Of a DNA stretch of 64,000 nt, positions 19,967 through 29,598 are shown one piece after another. Below the pieces are notes generated by a model. It had not been told where the DNA came from. It saw only the letters and a list, made by a program, of their open reading frames with translations, and made no database searches. The stretch lies in contig CAVQEQ010000004.1 of NCBI GenBank assembly GCA_963711565.1, forward strand, positions 160,001 through 224,000, written 5' to 3'. Source of the DNA: an uncultured delta proteobacterium (GTDB lineage: Bacteria; Desulfobacterota; Binatia; Binatales; Binataceae). Within the stretch, counting starts at the first letter, position 1. Every line of letters begins with the position of its first letter. A program made the translations under genes and the position numbers.

Positions 19967-21100
19967 TCATACGTGCGCCTTCATCACGCCAAATACATCG
20001 GTGATCTGATTGATGCTGTCACCGTAATCGATGCTCGACACGAAGGCCGACCGCGAGTGCGGCGCCGACGGCAGAAAGCCATGCATCCCGGCCATCGCTT
20101 GAAGGCCCATGTGACTCGGCGCGATTACCGTTCCCGACTCGGTCAGAAAAATCTTTTCGCCGTACTTCCCGTCCGGAAAAAACGAATGGAGATTGACGAG
20201 GTCGTCGGCATCGAGCCATTTGCCGCCGTTGACCTCGTTCAAAGCCGCGGTCACCAACTCGCGGGCGCGCGCCGAGAAAAACCAGAAACGCGCCATCGTG
20301 GAATCCAGCAGGCACAGGTAATCGACCGACGCCGTGACCGGCAGTTCCGCCAGCTTCGCCTGGATGTCGATGGTCGCCACCGTCGGCGCCATGCCGTGAT
20401 CGCCGAACACGTGAATGTCGGCCGCGCCGTAGGTTTCGACCGCGATCTTGTGCAGGCGCGCGAGCTTGTCCGAATATTTTTGCAGGGTCTCGGCCGCGGC
20501 GGCGCGATCGTCGGCGTGCAGATGCAGAAAATAATCGAGTTCGGCGAGATAGAGAAAATAAAATTTCGCCGCCCCGGCGCGCAAATCCGTTTCGATCGAT
20601 GCCAGCAACTGATCGTCCGTCCCCTCGTGGTAACAGTACGTTTTGTAGGATTTACCACCGTCGTGCAACAGGTCGAAAATCGAGGTCGAGCCCGGAATTC
20701 CGCCGGGGGCGTAGATGTTGCGCTTTTCGCAGACGTCGAGCTTCGGCAGGTATTTCAGCGGCACCCCGTAGAGCTGAAAGTAGCCGCTCAGATTGTTCAT
20801 GCGGCGCGCCAGCGTTTTGACCCCGAAGCGCGCGTAGCGGTTCTCGACCATCCACGGCGGCATCGCGCAGATTAGCTTGAGCTTCGAGAACGGCGAGTGC
20901 CCGTTTGCGCGATGGAACAGCGACAGCCGCCCGTGCTCTTGCGGAAAGCGGCCGGTGAGGATCGACGGTATTGCGGCGGTGCTGAAGCCCAGCACGGAAT
21001 CGAGCGGACGGCGATAGGGCGCGACCTCCTTCAGGAACGGATGCTCCTTGATCCATTCCCAGCCCAACGCGTCCATCAATACGAAGATGCTTGCTTTCAT
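19967..21100 (-). CDS. Alkaline phosphatase superfamily (nucleotide pyrophosphatase/phosphodiesterase-like) protein
   Basis: 'LMDALG', 'SILTG..P..HG', 'LD..LH', 'FGDHGM', 'GMHG'. True start ATG 21100 overlaps the upstream stop. Confidence 0.82.
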   Translation of the reverse strand: MKASIFVLMDALGWEWIKEHPFLKEVAPYRRPLDSVLGFSTAAIPSILTGRFPQEHGRLSLFHRANGHSPFSKLKLICAMPPWMVENRYARFGVKTLARRMNNLSGYFQLYGVPLKYLPKLDVCEKRNIYAPGGIPGSTSIFDLLHDGGKSYKTYCYHEGTDDQLLASIETDLRAGAAKFYFLYLAELDYFLHLHADDRAAAAETLQKYSDKLARLHKIAVETYGAADIHVFGDHGMAPTVATIDIQAKLAELPVTASVDYLCLLDSTMARFWFFSARARELVTAALNEVNGGKWLDADDLVNLHSFFPDGKYGEKIFLTESGTVIAPSHMGLQAMAGMHGFLPSAPHSRSAFVSSIDYGDSINQITDVFGVMKAHV

Positions 21101-21861
21101 CGCCCGGTCGGTTTCCTCACGATCGCAAGCAGCCCCGAACCGTGCCGCGTCGGCGTATGATTCTCGAGAAAGCTGAGCACGAGCAAAAACGGCAGCGACG
21201 CCGCAAATACAATTGGATTCGGTTTGCTGTCGCCGAGTACGAAAAACAAATCGTGCGCGAGGTTGCCGAACGGGCCGTACGTCCACACGGTCTTCACCGG
21301 CTCGAGTCCCACCTCGCCTGCCAGCCCGTTTATCATCTCGGGCGAGTAGCCCGGCCGCACGTGGCCGATATCCTCGGGCTTGAATCCGATTCTCCGCTCC
21401 CGCCATGCGACCAGCTTCAGATGACGGCGCTGAGGCACCGACGGAAACGTCAGCAGCAGGTATCCACCCGGCGCCAGCGCCCGCGCCAGATTCGCCATCG
21501 CGCCCCGATCGTCCTCGATATGTTCGAGCACGTCGGTGTTGGTGATCAGATCGTACTGCCCAACCTCCGATAGATTGAGCAGATTGTCGCGGTCGAAGCT
21601 GACGTTGCGCAGCGCAAGGTTCCCCGCGGCCGTGCGGCAGCGCTCCACGCGGTCGTCGAGCAGATCGATTCCATGCACCTGCCACTCGGGATGGAGCCGC
21701 GCGCAATGCAGCGCGATATCGCCGCGGCCCGTGCCCGCATCGAGCATCCGCACTCCGCTTTCCGGCAGACCCAGCGCTTTGATCTCGCGGAACACGTGGT
21801 TGAGCCGAATCCGTCCCGGGATGTGAATCTCGCCGATGTAGCGATACGCATTGCGGCGCAT
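21097..21861 (-). CDS. Class I SAM-dependent methyltransferase
   Basis: 'MLDAGTGRG', 'DVLEHIEDD', 'LAPGG', 'GHVRPGY'. Start uncertain; ATG 21861 chosen. Confidence 0.85.
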   Translation of the reverse strand: MRRNAYRYIGEIHIPGRIRLNHVFREIKALGLPESGVRMLDAGTGRGDIALHCARLHPEWQVHGIDLLDDRVERCRTAAGNLALRNVSFDRDNLLNLSEVGQYDLITNTDVLEHIEDDRGAMANLARALAPGGYLLLTFPSVPQRRHLKLVAWRERRIGFKPEDIGHVRPGYSPEMINGLAGEVGLEPVKTVWTYGPFGNLAHDLFFVLGDSKPNPIVFAASLPFLLVLSFLENHTPTRHGSGLLAIVRKPTGR

Positions 21862-21917
21862 CCGTGACGGCTCGCCCGCCGCTTTCTCGATTCCGAATCG
21901 CGGTGCCGCTATCGAAC

Positions 21918-22976
21918 TCAATTCGAGATCCCCCGTCGCAGCCCCGGTCCCACCGTGCGGGCTACGCCCAGTGGCATGTAGCGCCACAAGCGACTGATAG
22001 TCTGCAGGCTCTTGCGCTGACGCGGCGCCGCCGCGCGCGGCGAAAGGTAGAGCGTGCTCCAATACGGCTGCACCGGAGTCGGGCCCCATTGCCGCTTGAA
22101 TTCGTAGATGCCCGAGCCGAAGGTAGAGCGCCCGAAATCAAAGGTGTGGCATCTCGACTCGATCGCCAGCCGTATGCCCGCCCAGTACAACGCGTTGCTG
22201 CCGTATACTGGACGCGCCTGGGCGGTGGCTCCCGTCCACGGCAGCGTCATCCAGCCGCGGAAATTCATTGCCAGCCCGGCCGCGATCACCTGGCCGCCGC
22301 GGCGGACGCGAATCAGCGAAAGACAATCGCGCAGGTAGTTCACCAGTTGGCTGAAGAACCGGCGGCCATGTGTAGGCGATCCGAGATCGCGCATATTCTC
22401 CGAATAAACCGCGCACAAATCGGCGAGTCCGATCGGGTCGGTCGGGTCGCTTACCTCGACGCTCAGCCCCAACTTCTCCACTCGCTTCAGGCGATTGCGA
22501 CGCTCAGAGGGCAGCCGGCGCAACTGCTCTTCGACCGTAGGCGCGAGCGCCAGGTGTTGCGTCACCTTCTCCGTGCTGATTTCAAACGGCGGCTGCAACT
22601 GTCGCAAGCTGCGGATGTGTAGTCGCTTGGCGCGCAATTTTGCCGCCAGCTCGCGGGCATGATCGATCAGTTCGGCTTCCGCCGCGTCACGACCCGCCGA
22701 ATCCAGCCAGTCGGCGTGGCACACACCGCCGTAGTCGATATAAGGCATCGACGCGAGCTCGTTGCCGTAAAGGAAGCTGCGCACCGAGATGAACGGCGCC
22801 GCGGCTATCGGACGGCCCTGCCCGTCCTGCGCGAGCAGGTAAATAGAATCGAAGCCGTACGCGGATCCGACCACTTCGCGCCATTGCCAGAGATGGCCGC
22901 TGGTCGCGTCAGCACAGTTGCCGATCAGTTCATCCCAATCCGCGCGCCGATTCTCGCTACAAACTACTACCGTCAA
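21918..22976 (-). CDS. FemAB-like/GNAT-fold protein (type found in PEP-CTERM/XrtA-associated EPS loci)
   Basis: 'SMPYIDYGG', 'RDLGSP', 'NALYW', 'FDFGRS', 'YEFKRQWG'. Confidence 0.85.
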   Translation of the reverse strand: MTVVVCSENRRADWDELIGNCADATSGHLWQWREVVGSAYGFDSIYLLAQDGQGRPIAAAPFISVRSFLYGNELASMPYIDYGGVCHADWLDSAGRDAAEAELIDHARELAAKLRAKRLHIRSLRQLQPPFEISTEKVTQHLALAPTVEEQLRRLPSERRNRLKRVEKLGLSVEVSDPTDPIGLADLCAVYSENMRDLGSPTHGRRFFSQLVNYLRDCLSLIRVRRGGQVIAAGLAMNFRGWMTLPWTGATAQARPVYGSNALYWAGIRLAIESRCHTFDFGRSTFGSGIYEFKRQWGPTPVQPYWSTLYLSPRAAAPRQRKSLQTISRLWRYMPLGVARTVGPGLRRGISN

Positions 22977-22998
22977 ACCTTCTACCCCGTCCCCCGTC

Positions 22999-24126
22999 CT
23001 AAAGATTTCTCGGTTTCCAGACCACCGGAACTTCCCCGGAAAAACATCGCCACAGCCCGACCGCTTGCGCGCAGTTCAGCGCAATAAACTGGTAGGCGAA
23101 GGTCGCCTTGCCCTCGGTCCCGCGCCGCGTTGCGATCAGCCCGATCGCCGCGGCCAGCGCGAACAATATCTCCAGACCCAGTGCGATTCGGAAGGTTTCC
23201 CCGCTCCCAGCCAGCGGTACCGTCGCGATTACCGCGATCGCAAGCAACGGAGCGGTCAACCAACGCAGAAGCTTATGCGAGCTGAGGACCAGAATCGAGA
23301 CCCACCTGCGCTTTGCGATCAGTTCCGGCAGCAGGCGGAAATACACTTGCGCCGCCTGCGAGACCATCCGAATCTGCCGCGCGAACTCGCCCGCCGCCGA
23401 AAATTCCTCGAAGCACACCGCCTCCCGCGACATCACCGAGCGCGCGTTCTGGATCGATACGAGAATCGGATGCATAAAGTCGTTGATCAGCGCCGGATCC
23501 ATTTCCCTGAACAGACTCCGGCGCATGGCGTAGATCGCGCCGTCGGCCGTCGCGACCGCTCCCAGCCGCGACTCCAGCCCCTTGAGCATCTGCTCGTAGC
23601 GCTGGTACGCCGAGCCGATAGTCCCATCCGAGTAGCGCGATACTCCCGTGACCAGGCCGATCGATTTGTCGCGCAGCGGACGCACCAGCTCGGTCAGCGC
23701 GTCAGCCGCGAACATCGTGTTAGCGTCGGTGAACACCAGCACCTCGCCGCGCGCGGCCGCAGCGCCCGTATTCACCGCGACTCCCTTGCCACGCCGTTCG
23801 GGCTGGCGAATCACGCGCACCCGCTCGGACGCCATCGATTCTGCTATTTCCGCAGTGCGATCGCTGGATCCGTCAGAGACGACGATCAACTCAGCGTTGC
23901 CTGAATACTGGCACGAGAGGAAATTTTCGATTTTCTGCGCGATGCAGAGCTCTTCGTTGTAGGCGGCGACGATTATCGACAGCGACGGCGCCGCGGTAGC
24001 TGCGCTCGAATCGCCATCCGAATCGTCACGGCGGGGCAGCGATGCCGACAGTGCCAAAAGCAACGCCGGATACAGCACGTACGCATACAGCAGCAGAAAT
24101 GCCGAGATGTAAAACAGGCTCGTCAA
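22999..24126 (-). CDS. Glycosyltransferase family 2 (membrane-anchored)
   Basis: 'AAYNEE', 'VSDGSSD', 'FTDAN', 'DGAIYAMR'. Confidence 0.9.
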   Translation of the reverse strand: MTSLFYISAFLLLYAYVLYPALLLALSASLPRRDDSDGDSSAATAAPSLSIIVAAYNEELCIAQKIENFLSCQYSGNAELIVVSDGSSDRTAEIAESMASERVRVIRQPERRGKGVAVNTGAAAARGEVLVFTDANTMFAADALTELVRPLRDKSIGLVTGVSRYSDGTIGSAYQRYEQMLKGLESRLGAVATADGAIYAMRRSLFREMDPALINDFMHPILVSIQNARSVMSREAVCFEEFSAAGEFARQIRMVSQAAQVYFRLLPELIAKRRWVSILVLSSHKLLRWLTAPLLAIAVIATVPLAGSGETFRIALGLEILFALAAAIGLIATRRGTEGKATFAYQFIALNCAQAVGLWRCFSGEVPVVWKPRNL

Positions 24127-24154
24127 TGTTTGCGTCCCCCGACGCGAGCGTACC

Positions 24155-25351
24155 CTAAGCAGCTTCTCCTTCCCGGCGCGCGCCGGTCAGCTCTGAATAA
24201 AGCGCGGCAGTCTGTTCGATCTGCCGTTGCACAGCAAAGTTCTCGTGCGCGAATTTGCGTCCGTCCGCCGCCAGCCGCGAGGCCAATTCCGGATTGTCAA
24301 GCAAGCGCTCGATCGCCGCCGCCAGCGCCACCGGATTCGCGGGCGGCACGAGCAGCCCGGTTCGTTCGTGGATCACCACCTCCGGCGTGCCGTCCACTTC
24401 GGTCGCGACCATCGGGCGTCCCGCCGCGAGCGCTTCGATCGCGACCAGCGGCAGACCTTCATATAACGACGGGAGCACGACCATGTCGGCCGCTTCGAGC
24501 AGCTCCGGCACGTCGCGCCGGTAGCCGAGAAATCGCACGCGGTCCGTGAGTCCTAGTGTCGCGCATTGTGCACGCAACCTATGCTCGAGTGCACCTTCGC
24601 CGGCCAGCAGCGCGACAAGGTTTGGCTGATGCCGAGCTGCGATCGCGAGCGCATCGATAAGATGTCGATGCCCCTTTTGATCGTCCAGCCGCGCCAGCGT
24701 AAGGATCGCCGGTTCGTCGCGCAGTCCCAGCGCCGCGCGCGTCGCGATACGCCTCTGCGTATCCGTCGGACCGAAGCGATCGAGGTCGCGGCCATTGTGA
24801 ATGACGCTGATTTTGCTCTTCGGTACTTTCTTGGTTGCGGTCAAATGATGAGCCGCTGCGTGCGACACCGCGATATATTTATCGACCATCCGCCCGATTT
24901 GCCGATCCACCCAGAAGCTCGAGCGCAATCCCTTACCCATCCGCCACACTTCGGGGCCGTGACAGGTCTCGAGCACCGCGCCGACACCCGCCATGCGCGC
25001 TACTCCGGCTCCAAACAAGCTGGCGGTGAACAGATGGCAATGCAGAATCGCGATATTTTCGCGCCGGAGGAATCGCAGCAGGCGCGCTCCCGTCAACACG
25101 TCGAGCCGCGACGAAAACTCAAGCGGCAGGCATTTGACGCCCGCCGCGGAAAGTCCCGGTTCCATTGCCGCGATCAGCGTCGTCGGCGCCGCGAGGCATG
25201 GCTCGAATCCGTATTCGCGTATCGCGGTCAAAATTGACAGTGCATGCTCTTCGGCGCCGGCGAATACTCGACCTGTTAATAGATGGAGCACCGGGCGGCG
25301 CTGCGCGGACAGTTTTCTGTCATTGAGGCTTTCGTTCGCCATCTTCGTCAT
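24155..25351 (-). CDS. Glycosyltransferase family 4
   Basis: 'ARLDDQKGH', 'VLPSLYEGLPLVAIEALAAG'. Confidence 0.92.
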   Translation of the reverse strand: MTKMANESLNDRKLSAQRRPVLHLLTGRVFAGAEEHALSILTAIREYGFEPCLAAPTTLIAAMEPGLSAAGVKCLPLEFSSRLDVLTGARLLRFLRRENIAILHCHLFTASLFGAGVARMAGVGAVLETCHGPEVWRMGKGLRSSFWVDRQIGRMVDKYIAVSHAAAHHLTATKKVPKSKISVIHNGRDLDRFGPTDTQRRIATRAALGLRDEPAILTLARLDDQKGHRHLIDALAIAARHQPNLVALLAGEGALEHRLRAQCATLGLTDRVRFLGYRRDVPELLEAADMVVLPSLYEGLPLVAIEALAAGRPMVATEVDGTPEVVIHERTGLLVPPANPVALAAAIERLLDNPELASRLAADGRKFAHENFAVQRQIEQTAALYSELTGARREGEAA

Positions 25352-25589
25352 ACAGCAGTCAAGTCGCGCTACTCAGAGCAAATATAGTGCGGAGAGATAC
25401 CTCATTGCGCAAATTTAGTCCAGCCAATACGACAATGAAAACTGTTGGTTAAGGAAATTAGATGATGGTGACCAAGTAGTTGGACATCTTCGGGGCATCG
25501 ATGCACCCTCGGATCGTCAGGATCTTCCTGAAATGCGAACGGCGAGTCATTTCTGACCCGCCGCGTTTTCCCAAACGGTAACCGATCTC

Positions 25590-25997
25590 TCACTGGCTCG
25601 TTGCTTCGTCCGCCGCTTGAGCCGCGTCATCGGCAGCCTGTTTGTCGGCTCTCGCCTGCGCGATTGCCGCATTGGCGGCGTCGATCTGATCCTGAGACGC
25701 TCCGTCGCTTTCGAGCTGATCGCGCGCCTGCGTCGCCGAGTCGAGCGCATCCTGCGCCGCATCCGCCGCATCGTGCGCCTGCTGGGCCGCGTCGGGCTGA
25801 GCCTTCTGGTCCGGGTTATCAGCGCCGTTCTGATCAGATTGATCGGCGGCCGATGGAGCGTTGCCATCGCCCGACGCATCATCCTGAGCACGCGCTCGCG
25901 ACGTATTCCCAACTGCCAGCACGATCGAGAACGTCAGCGCCGCGATCGCCGCGAGCCCAAAGCGGAAGCTGCGCGTGGTGCTTGTCTCCAATCTCAT
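25590..25997 (-). CDS. Small secreted acidic Ala/Asp/Gln-rich helical protein
   Basis: Signal peptide ending 'ARA'; low-complexity acidic mature region. Confidence 0.7.
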   Translation of the reverse strand: MRLETSTTRSFRFGLAAIAALTFSIVLAVGNTSRARAQDDASGDGNAPSAADQSDQNGADNPDQKAQPDAAQQAHDAADAAQDALDSATQARDQLESDGASQDQIDAANAAIAQARADKQAADDAAQAADEATSQ

Positions 25998-26122
25998 GAC
26001 TGCTCACTCGGTTTCGATTCTTCCGACCAACATAATTCTGCCAATCCGGCTAATCAATCGCCATCACCGCGTCATCGGCGGAGTACCGAATCCACTCGCA
26101 CGACCTGATGCTCGGACGGCTC

Positions 26123-27931
26123 CTATTTTACTACGATATTGTACGCCACGGTCCCGTCCGGGTATCGAATCGTGAAATCCGCAGCCTTCGGCAGGTTGTC
26201 CTGCCCCGCATACACAAATATCCCGTGAGTGATCCACGGATAGACCGAATGCGGTTTGGCAAAGACATAGCGGCCGAAAGCGAAGACCTGGCCAAACAGA
26301 CCGCTGGCCCGCCGTACTGGCCCAAGTTGGAAATCGGCGGGAGGATAGTGTTCGAAAAACAGCACGTAGATGTAAGGCTGGTTTATTCTCGCGGTGATCA
26401 CGATTGGCTCATGGCCGTCATCCAGCTTGTCGACTGCGCCCAAAGCCTGTTCGATCCCATATTGCAGGTAAGGCGCCGCCACGGTCGGGAAATCACTAAA
26501 GTAGTATCGGGCAAATTGCGCGCCGTGGAATATCGTGCTCACAAAAATCAGCCCCGCCGCCGATGCGCTCACAACCGGCCATCGCGAAGTCCATTCCAGC
26601 AGCAGCACAAACCCCAGGGCTGAGAAAAGAATCCACGGCACCATCGCCAGCGCGTCGTGCCGCGAATCAGGATGCGCGAGCAGGAGCGAGGGCGTCGGCG
26701 GCGTCGGCAGGACCGCATAATTGAACATCACGTGCGGCGTAGGCAGCGCGCTCGCTTCCGGATACGACACCCCCAGCGGTATCGTAAGGGCGGCCGGCAA
26801 CGCCGCGACGATCAACCATCCGGCAAGCAGCAGCGCGATCCGTCTTCGCGGAGCGCTTAACATCGCGCCCAGCGCCAGCAGGATCAGCGGCGCCTGCTCC
26901 GGCAGCAACTGGCCGAACCCCGGCGGATGAATCATCGTCCAATGATCGCCGCGGTCGCCGACGATGAACAGAAATGAAGGGGTGAAGTAACTTAGCCAGC
27001 TCGCCCCGAAACCGATCAGCTGATTGGAGAACGCGTGCCCGGCAGGCGCAGTCTCTCCCGGCTGGCAGCCCTGACATGTCGCGATGATGCGGAACAGCGA
27101 GAGATGCTGAAACTCCGCTTGCATCTCGATCGGATGCAGCATGAGCAGGACGACCTGCGGCAGCGCCAGGCACATCAAGATGGCCGCCGCACCTGCCAGC
27201 ACCTTGAGCCGCACCGTTTTGAGCTCACTCCTGTACAGCACTATCAGCAACGCGAGCAGCAGCGGGAGAAACGCCTTGGTGGTCGCGTAGGAATAAAGCG
27301 AGAGGCCGAAGAACGCGGCGCTCATCATCAGCCACAAATCCCGGCGCCGCCGCAGCCATAGAAAGAAACAAAGCATCCCCAGCGTGATGGTGGCGCTGGC
27401 CACGGTAAACTCCTGGCCGTGGCGGCTGAAGGTCAGATGCCACGGTGAGAGCGCGCCGAACAGCGCCGCCGCCGCGGCGCCCGGCCATCCCATCATCAGC
27501 CCGGCCAGGGCCGTGAGCGCGACCAGGTCCACGCTGCCCCAGAGCGCGGCCCCCAGCCGCACCACCGCCGGCTTGAGTCCGAATGCTGCCACCAGCGGCA
27601 CCAGCGAGTACTGGAATAGCGGCATGCGGTAGTCATCGAAACCCTGCATCGCGAGCGGGAGAAAATTGCCGTGATGGTCGCGGCCGGTGAGAAGAACGCT
27701 GTACGCATCGTAGCCCTCACAGGCTTCGTCCTGGGAAAGTGCGGGCGGGACGTTGGCGAGCCCCACGACTCGCAGGCCGATTCCCACAGCCAACGCGATG
27801 ATGACAATGGCCGCGCTGAGCCGCTTCACCAGCTCCTTGCCGCCGGAGCCGCCTGCGTCTGATCCGCGCGATTGCGCGCCTGCTGACCGTAGTTCCGCCA
27901 TTTTGGTTGATCGATCGCCGTGAACGCTCAC
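26123..27931 (-). CDS. ArnT/PMT-like GT-C glycosyltransferase
   Basis: 'DE' motif after TM1 ('SQDEACEGYDAYS'), 'TGRD..G..LP', 'ALSPWHL.FSR', many TM segments. Confidence 0.8.
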   Translation of the reverse strand: MSVHGDRSTKMAELRSAGAQSRGSDAGGSGGKELVKRLSAAIVIIALAVGIGLRVVGLANVPPALSQDEACEGYDAYSVLLTGRDHHGNFLPLAMQGFDDYRMPLFQYSLVPLVAAFGLKPAVVRLGAALWGSVDLVALTALAGLMMGWPGAAAAALFGALSPWHLTFSRHGQEFTVASATITLGMLCFFLWLRRRRDLWLMMSAAFFGLSLYSYATTKAFLPLLLALLIVLYRSELKTVRLKVLAGAAAILMCLALPQVVLLMLHPIEMQAEFQHLSLFRIIATCQGCQPGETAPAGHAFSNQLIGFGASWLSYFTPSFLFIVGDRGDHWTMIHPPGFGQLLPEQAPLILLALGAMLSAPRRRIALLLAGWLIVAALPAALTIPLGVSYPEASALPTPHVMFNYAVLPTPPTPSLLLAHPDSRHDALAMVPWILFSALGFVLLLEWTSRWPVVSASAAGLIFVSTIFHGAQFARYYFSDFPTVAAPYLQYGIEQALGAVDKLDDGHEPIVITARINQPYIYVLFFEHYPPADFQLGPVRRASGLFGQVFAFGRYVFAKPHSVYPWITHGIFVYAGQDNLPKAADFTIRYPDGTVAYNIVVK

Positions 27932-29598
27932 GGTGTGTCGGCGGGTTGCGATGCGCCTGCCGCTGGCGCGGCGCGCTCCCGCTCGACCTTTGCCTGCGAA
28001 AGTTGGTTGAACTTCTGGAACTCCTGCTCGAACTCGACCTCTCGCCCCATCATCTTGTACTGCTGCGCCAGTTTGAGATGCAGATGCACGTCGTCGGGAT
28101 CGAGTGCCGTCCCCGCCTCGAGTTCTGCCGCGGCCTGCTCGGGATTGCCGGCCTTGTTCAACGCGGCGGCCAGCCTGACGCGATAATCGGATTCACGAGG
28201 CGCGATCTCCACGCAGCGCTGGAAGAAGGCCACGTCGTCGTACCAGTAGCGCTCGGTCCGCATCGTCGATATCGCGTACATCGCCAACAGCGCCGCCATC
28301 GCGACGCCCACGGCCTTGCGCGCGGTCGAGCCGGCTGCGGCAATTTGCAACACCGCGACCGCCACCGCCAGGCTCCATCCGAACGACGGCGCATAGAGAT
28401 AGCGGTCGTTGACCGGCCACCAAAGAGCGTCGAGGTTTAGCGCCGGCGCTATCGTGAAGAGGCTCCAGGCCGCGCAAAACAAAAAGATGCGCCGCCGCGG
28501 ACTGCGCCACGCCGCCACAATCGCCGCCGCCGCGAGCACCATCAGCGCCGCCGCGCTTATGAATACGATTGGCGCCGGATGCGTGATCCATCTGACCTCA
28601 TGAGTGGGACCGGCCACCTGCGGCAGCGTGAGTATCGCAAGATAAGCGATCAGCACCACCGGCATCGTCATGAGGATCTCCGCCGGAGTGTGATGAGCCT
28701 TCAATACTACGAAGCCGCGCAAGACCAGGGTTCCCGTGCCGCTGGGAGGAACACCAAACATGTAATTCGCTCCCAGCGCATTCAGGCGCGCGCAAATGTA
28801 TGCGATCGCCACGGCCACGAATGGCGCGCAGACCAGCAGCGCCTCGACCATCCGGCGTCCCGTTCCCGCGCCTTCGACGTTCTCATCGCCATCGAAGATG
28901 AAGGCGTATGCGAACACGATCAGCGGAAACAGGATTGCGCTCTCATGCGTCAGCGTTGCGCACGCATACAGGATGAGCGCGATGAACAATCCGCGCGACC
29001 AGCCTGGCTTGCGCCCGATCAGAAAAGTCATCGCGCCCAACTCGAACACGGTCGAGAGCGGTTCCGGGATCGCGCTGGCCCACACCACTCCGCCCGTGTG
29101 CGCCGGCATGACGCCGAAAATCGCCGCCGCTATCAACCCGGCCACGACCTCGCCGGTCAGCAGTTGCGCGACTCTAAAGCACAAGATCACGGCGACCGCG
29201 TGCAACGCGATCTTGGTCAGATGCCACGCCGCGGGATGTGTTCCGAACAGCAGCGCGTTGGCCGCGAACCACGTGTTCTCCAGCGGCCGGTAATACGCGC
29301 TCGCCGGCAACTGCCGCGGCTCGAGAAACCACCAGCTGTCATAGCGGAACGAGTTCCACACAAACGACCAGTTGTGAATCAGTTTGTTATCTACAAACTC
29401 CTGCCAGTCGTCGAACACCCAGCCGTTGCGCATGCTCGGCAGGTAGATTGCGATCGTGACAATCACGATCGCCGCGAGTATCGCGGCCTGCTGCGGGGTG
29501 AGGGCCCAGAACAATGCGCCCGCCGGCGCTCCCTCCTTTCGCGCGGGCGCTGGTTTCGATTTCGTCACGGCGACGGCACCGCTTGCGATTTCCCCCAC
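27928..29598 (-). CDS. TMTC-like GT-C membrane protein with C-terminal TPRs (copy A)
   Basis: 'WVFDD', 'YYRPL', 'P.H...V.W', 'HESA', 'DRYLYAPSFG', 'WYDD', then a TPR. Confidence 0.78.
   Translation of the reverse strand: MGEIASGAVAVTKSKPAPARKEGAPAGALFWALTPQQAAILAAIVIVTIAIYLPSMRNGWVFDDWQEFVDNKLIHNWSFVWNSFRYDSWWFLEPRQLPASAYYRPLENTWFAANALLFGTHPAAWHLTKIALHAVAVILCFRVAQLLTGEVVAGLIAAAIFGVMPAHTGGVVWASAIPEPLSTVFELGAMTFLIGRKPGWSRGLFIALILYACATLTHESAILFPLIVFAYAFIFDGDENVEGAGTGRRMVEALLVCAPFVAVAIAYICARLNALGANYMFGVPPSGTGTLVLRGFVVLKAHHTPAEILMTMPVVLIAYLAILTLPQVAGPTHEVRWITHPAPIVFISAAALMVLAAAAIVAAWRSPRRRIFLFCAAWSLFTIAPALNLDALWWPVNDRYLYAPSFGWSLAVAVAVLQIAAAGSTARKAVGVAMAALLAMYAISTMRTERYWYDDVAFFQRCVEIAPRESDYRVRLAAALNKAGNPEQAAAELEAGTALDPDDVHLHLKLAQQYKMMGREVEFEQEFQKFNQLSQAKVERERAAPAAGASQPADTP

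Noticed and set aside
21101-21706. N-terminal extension of the 579-aa ORF 19967..21706
   Set aside because: It overlaps the methyltransferase in another frame; the family motif begins at ATG 21100.
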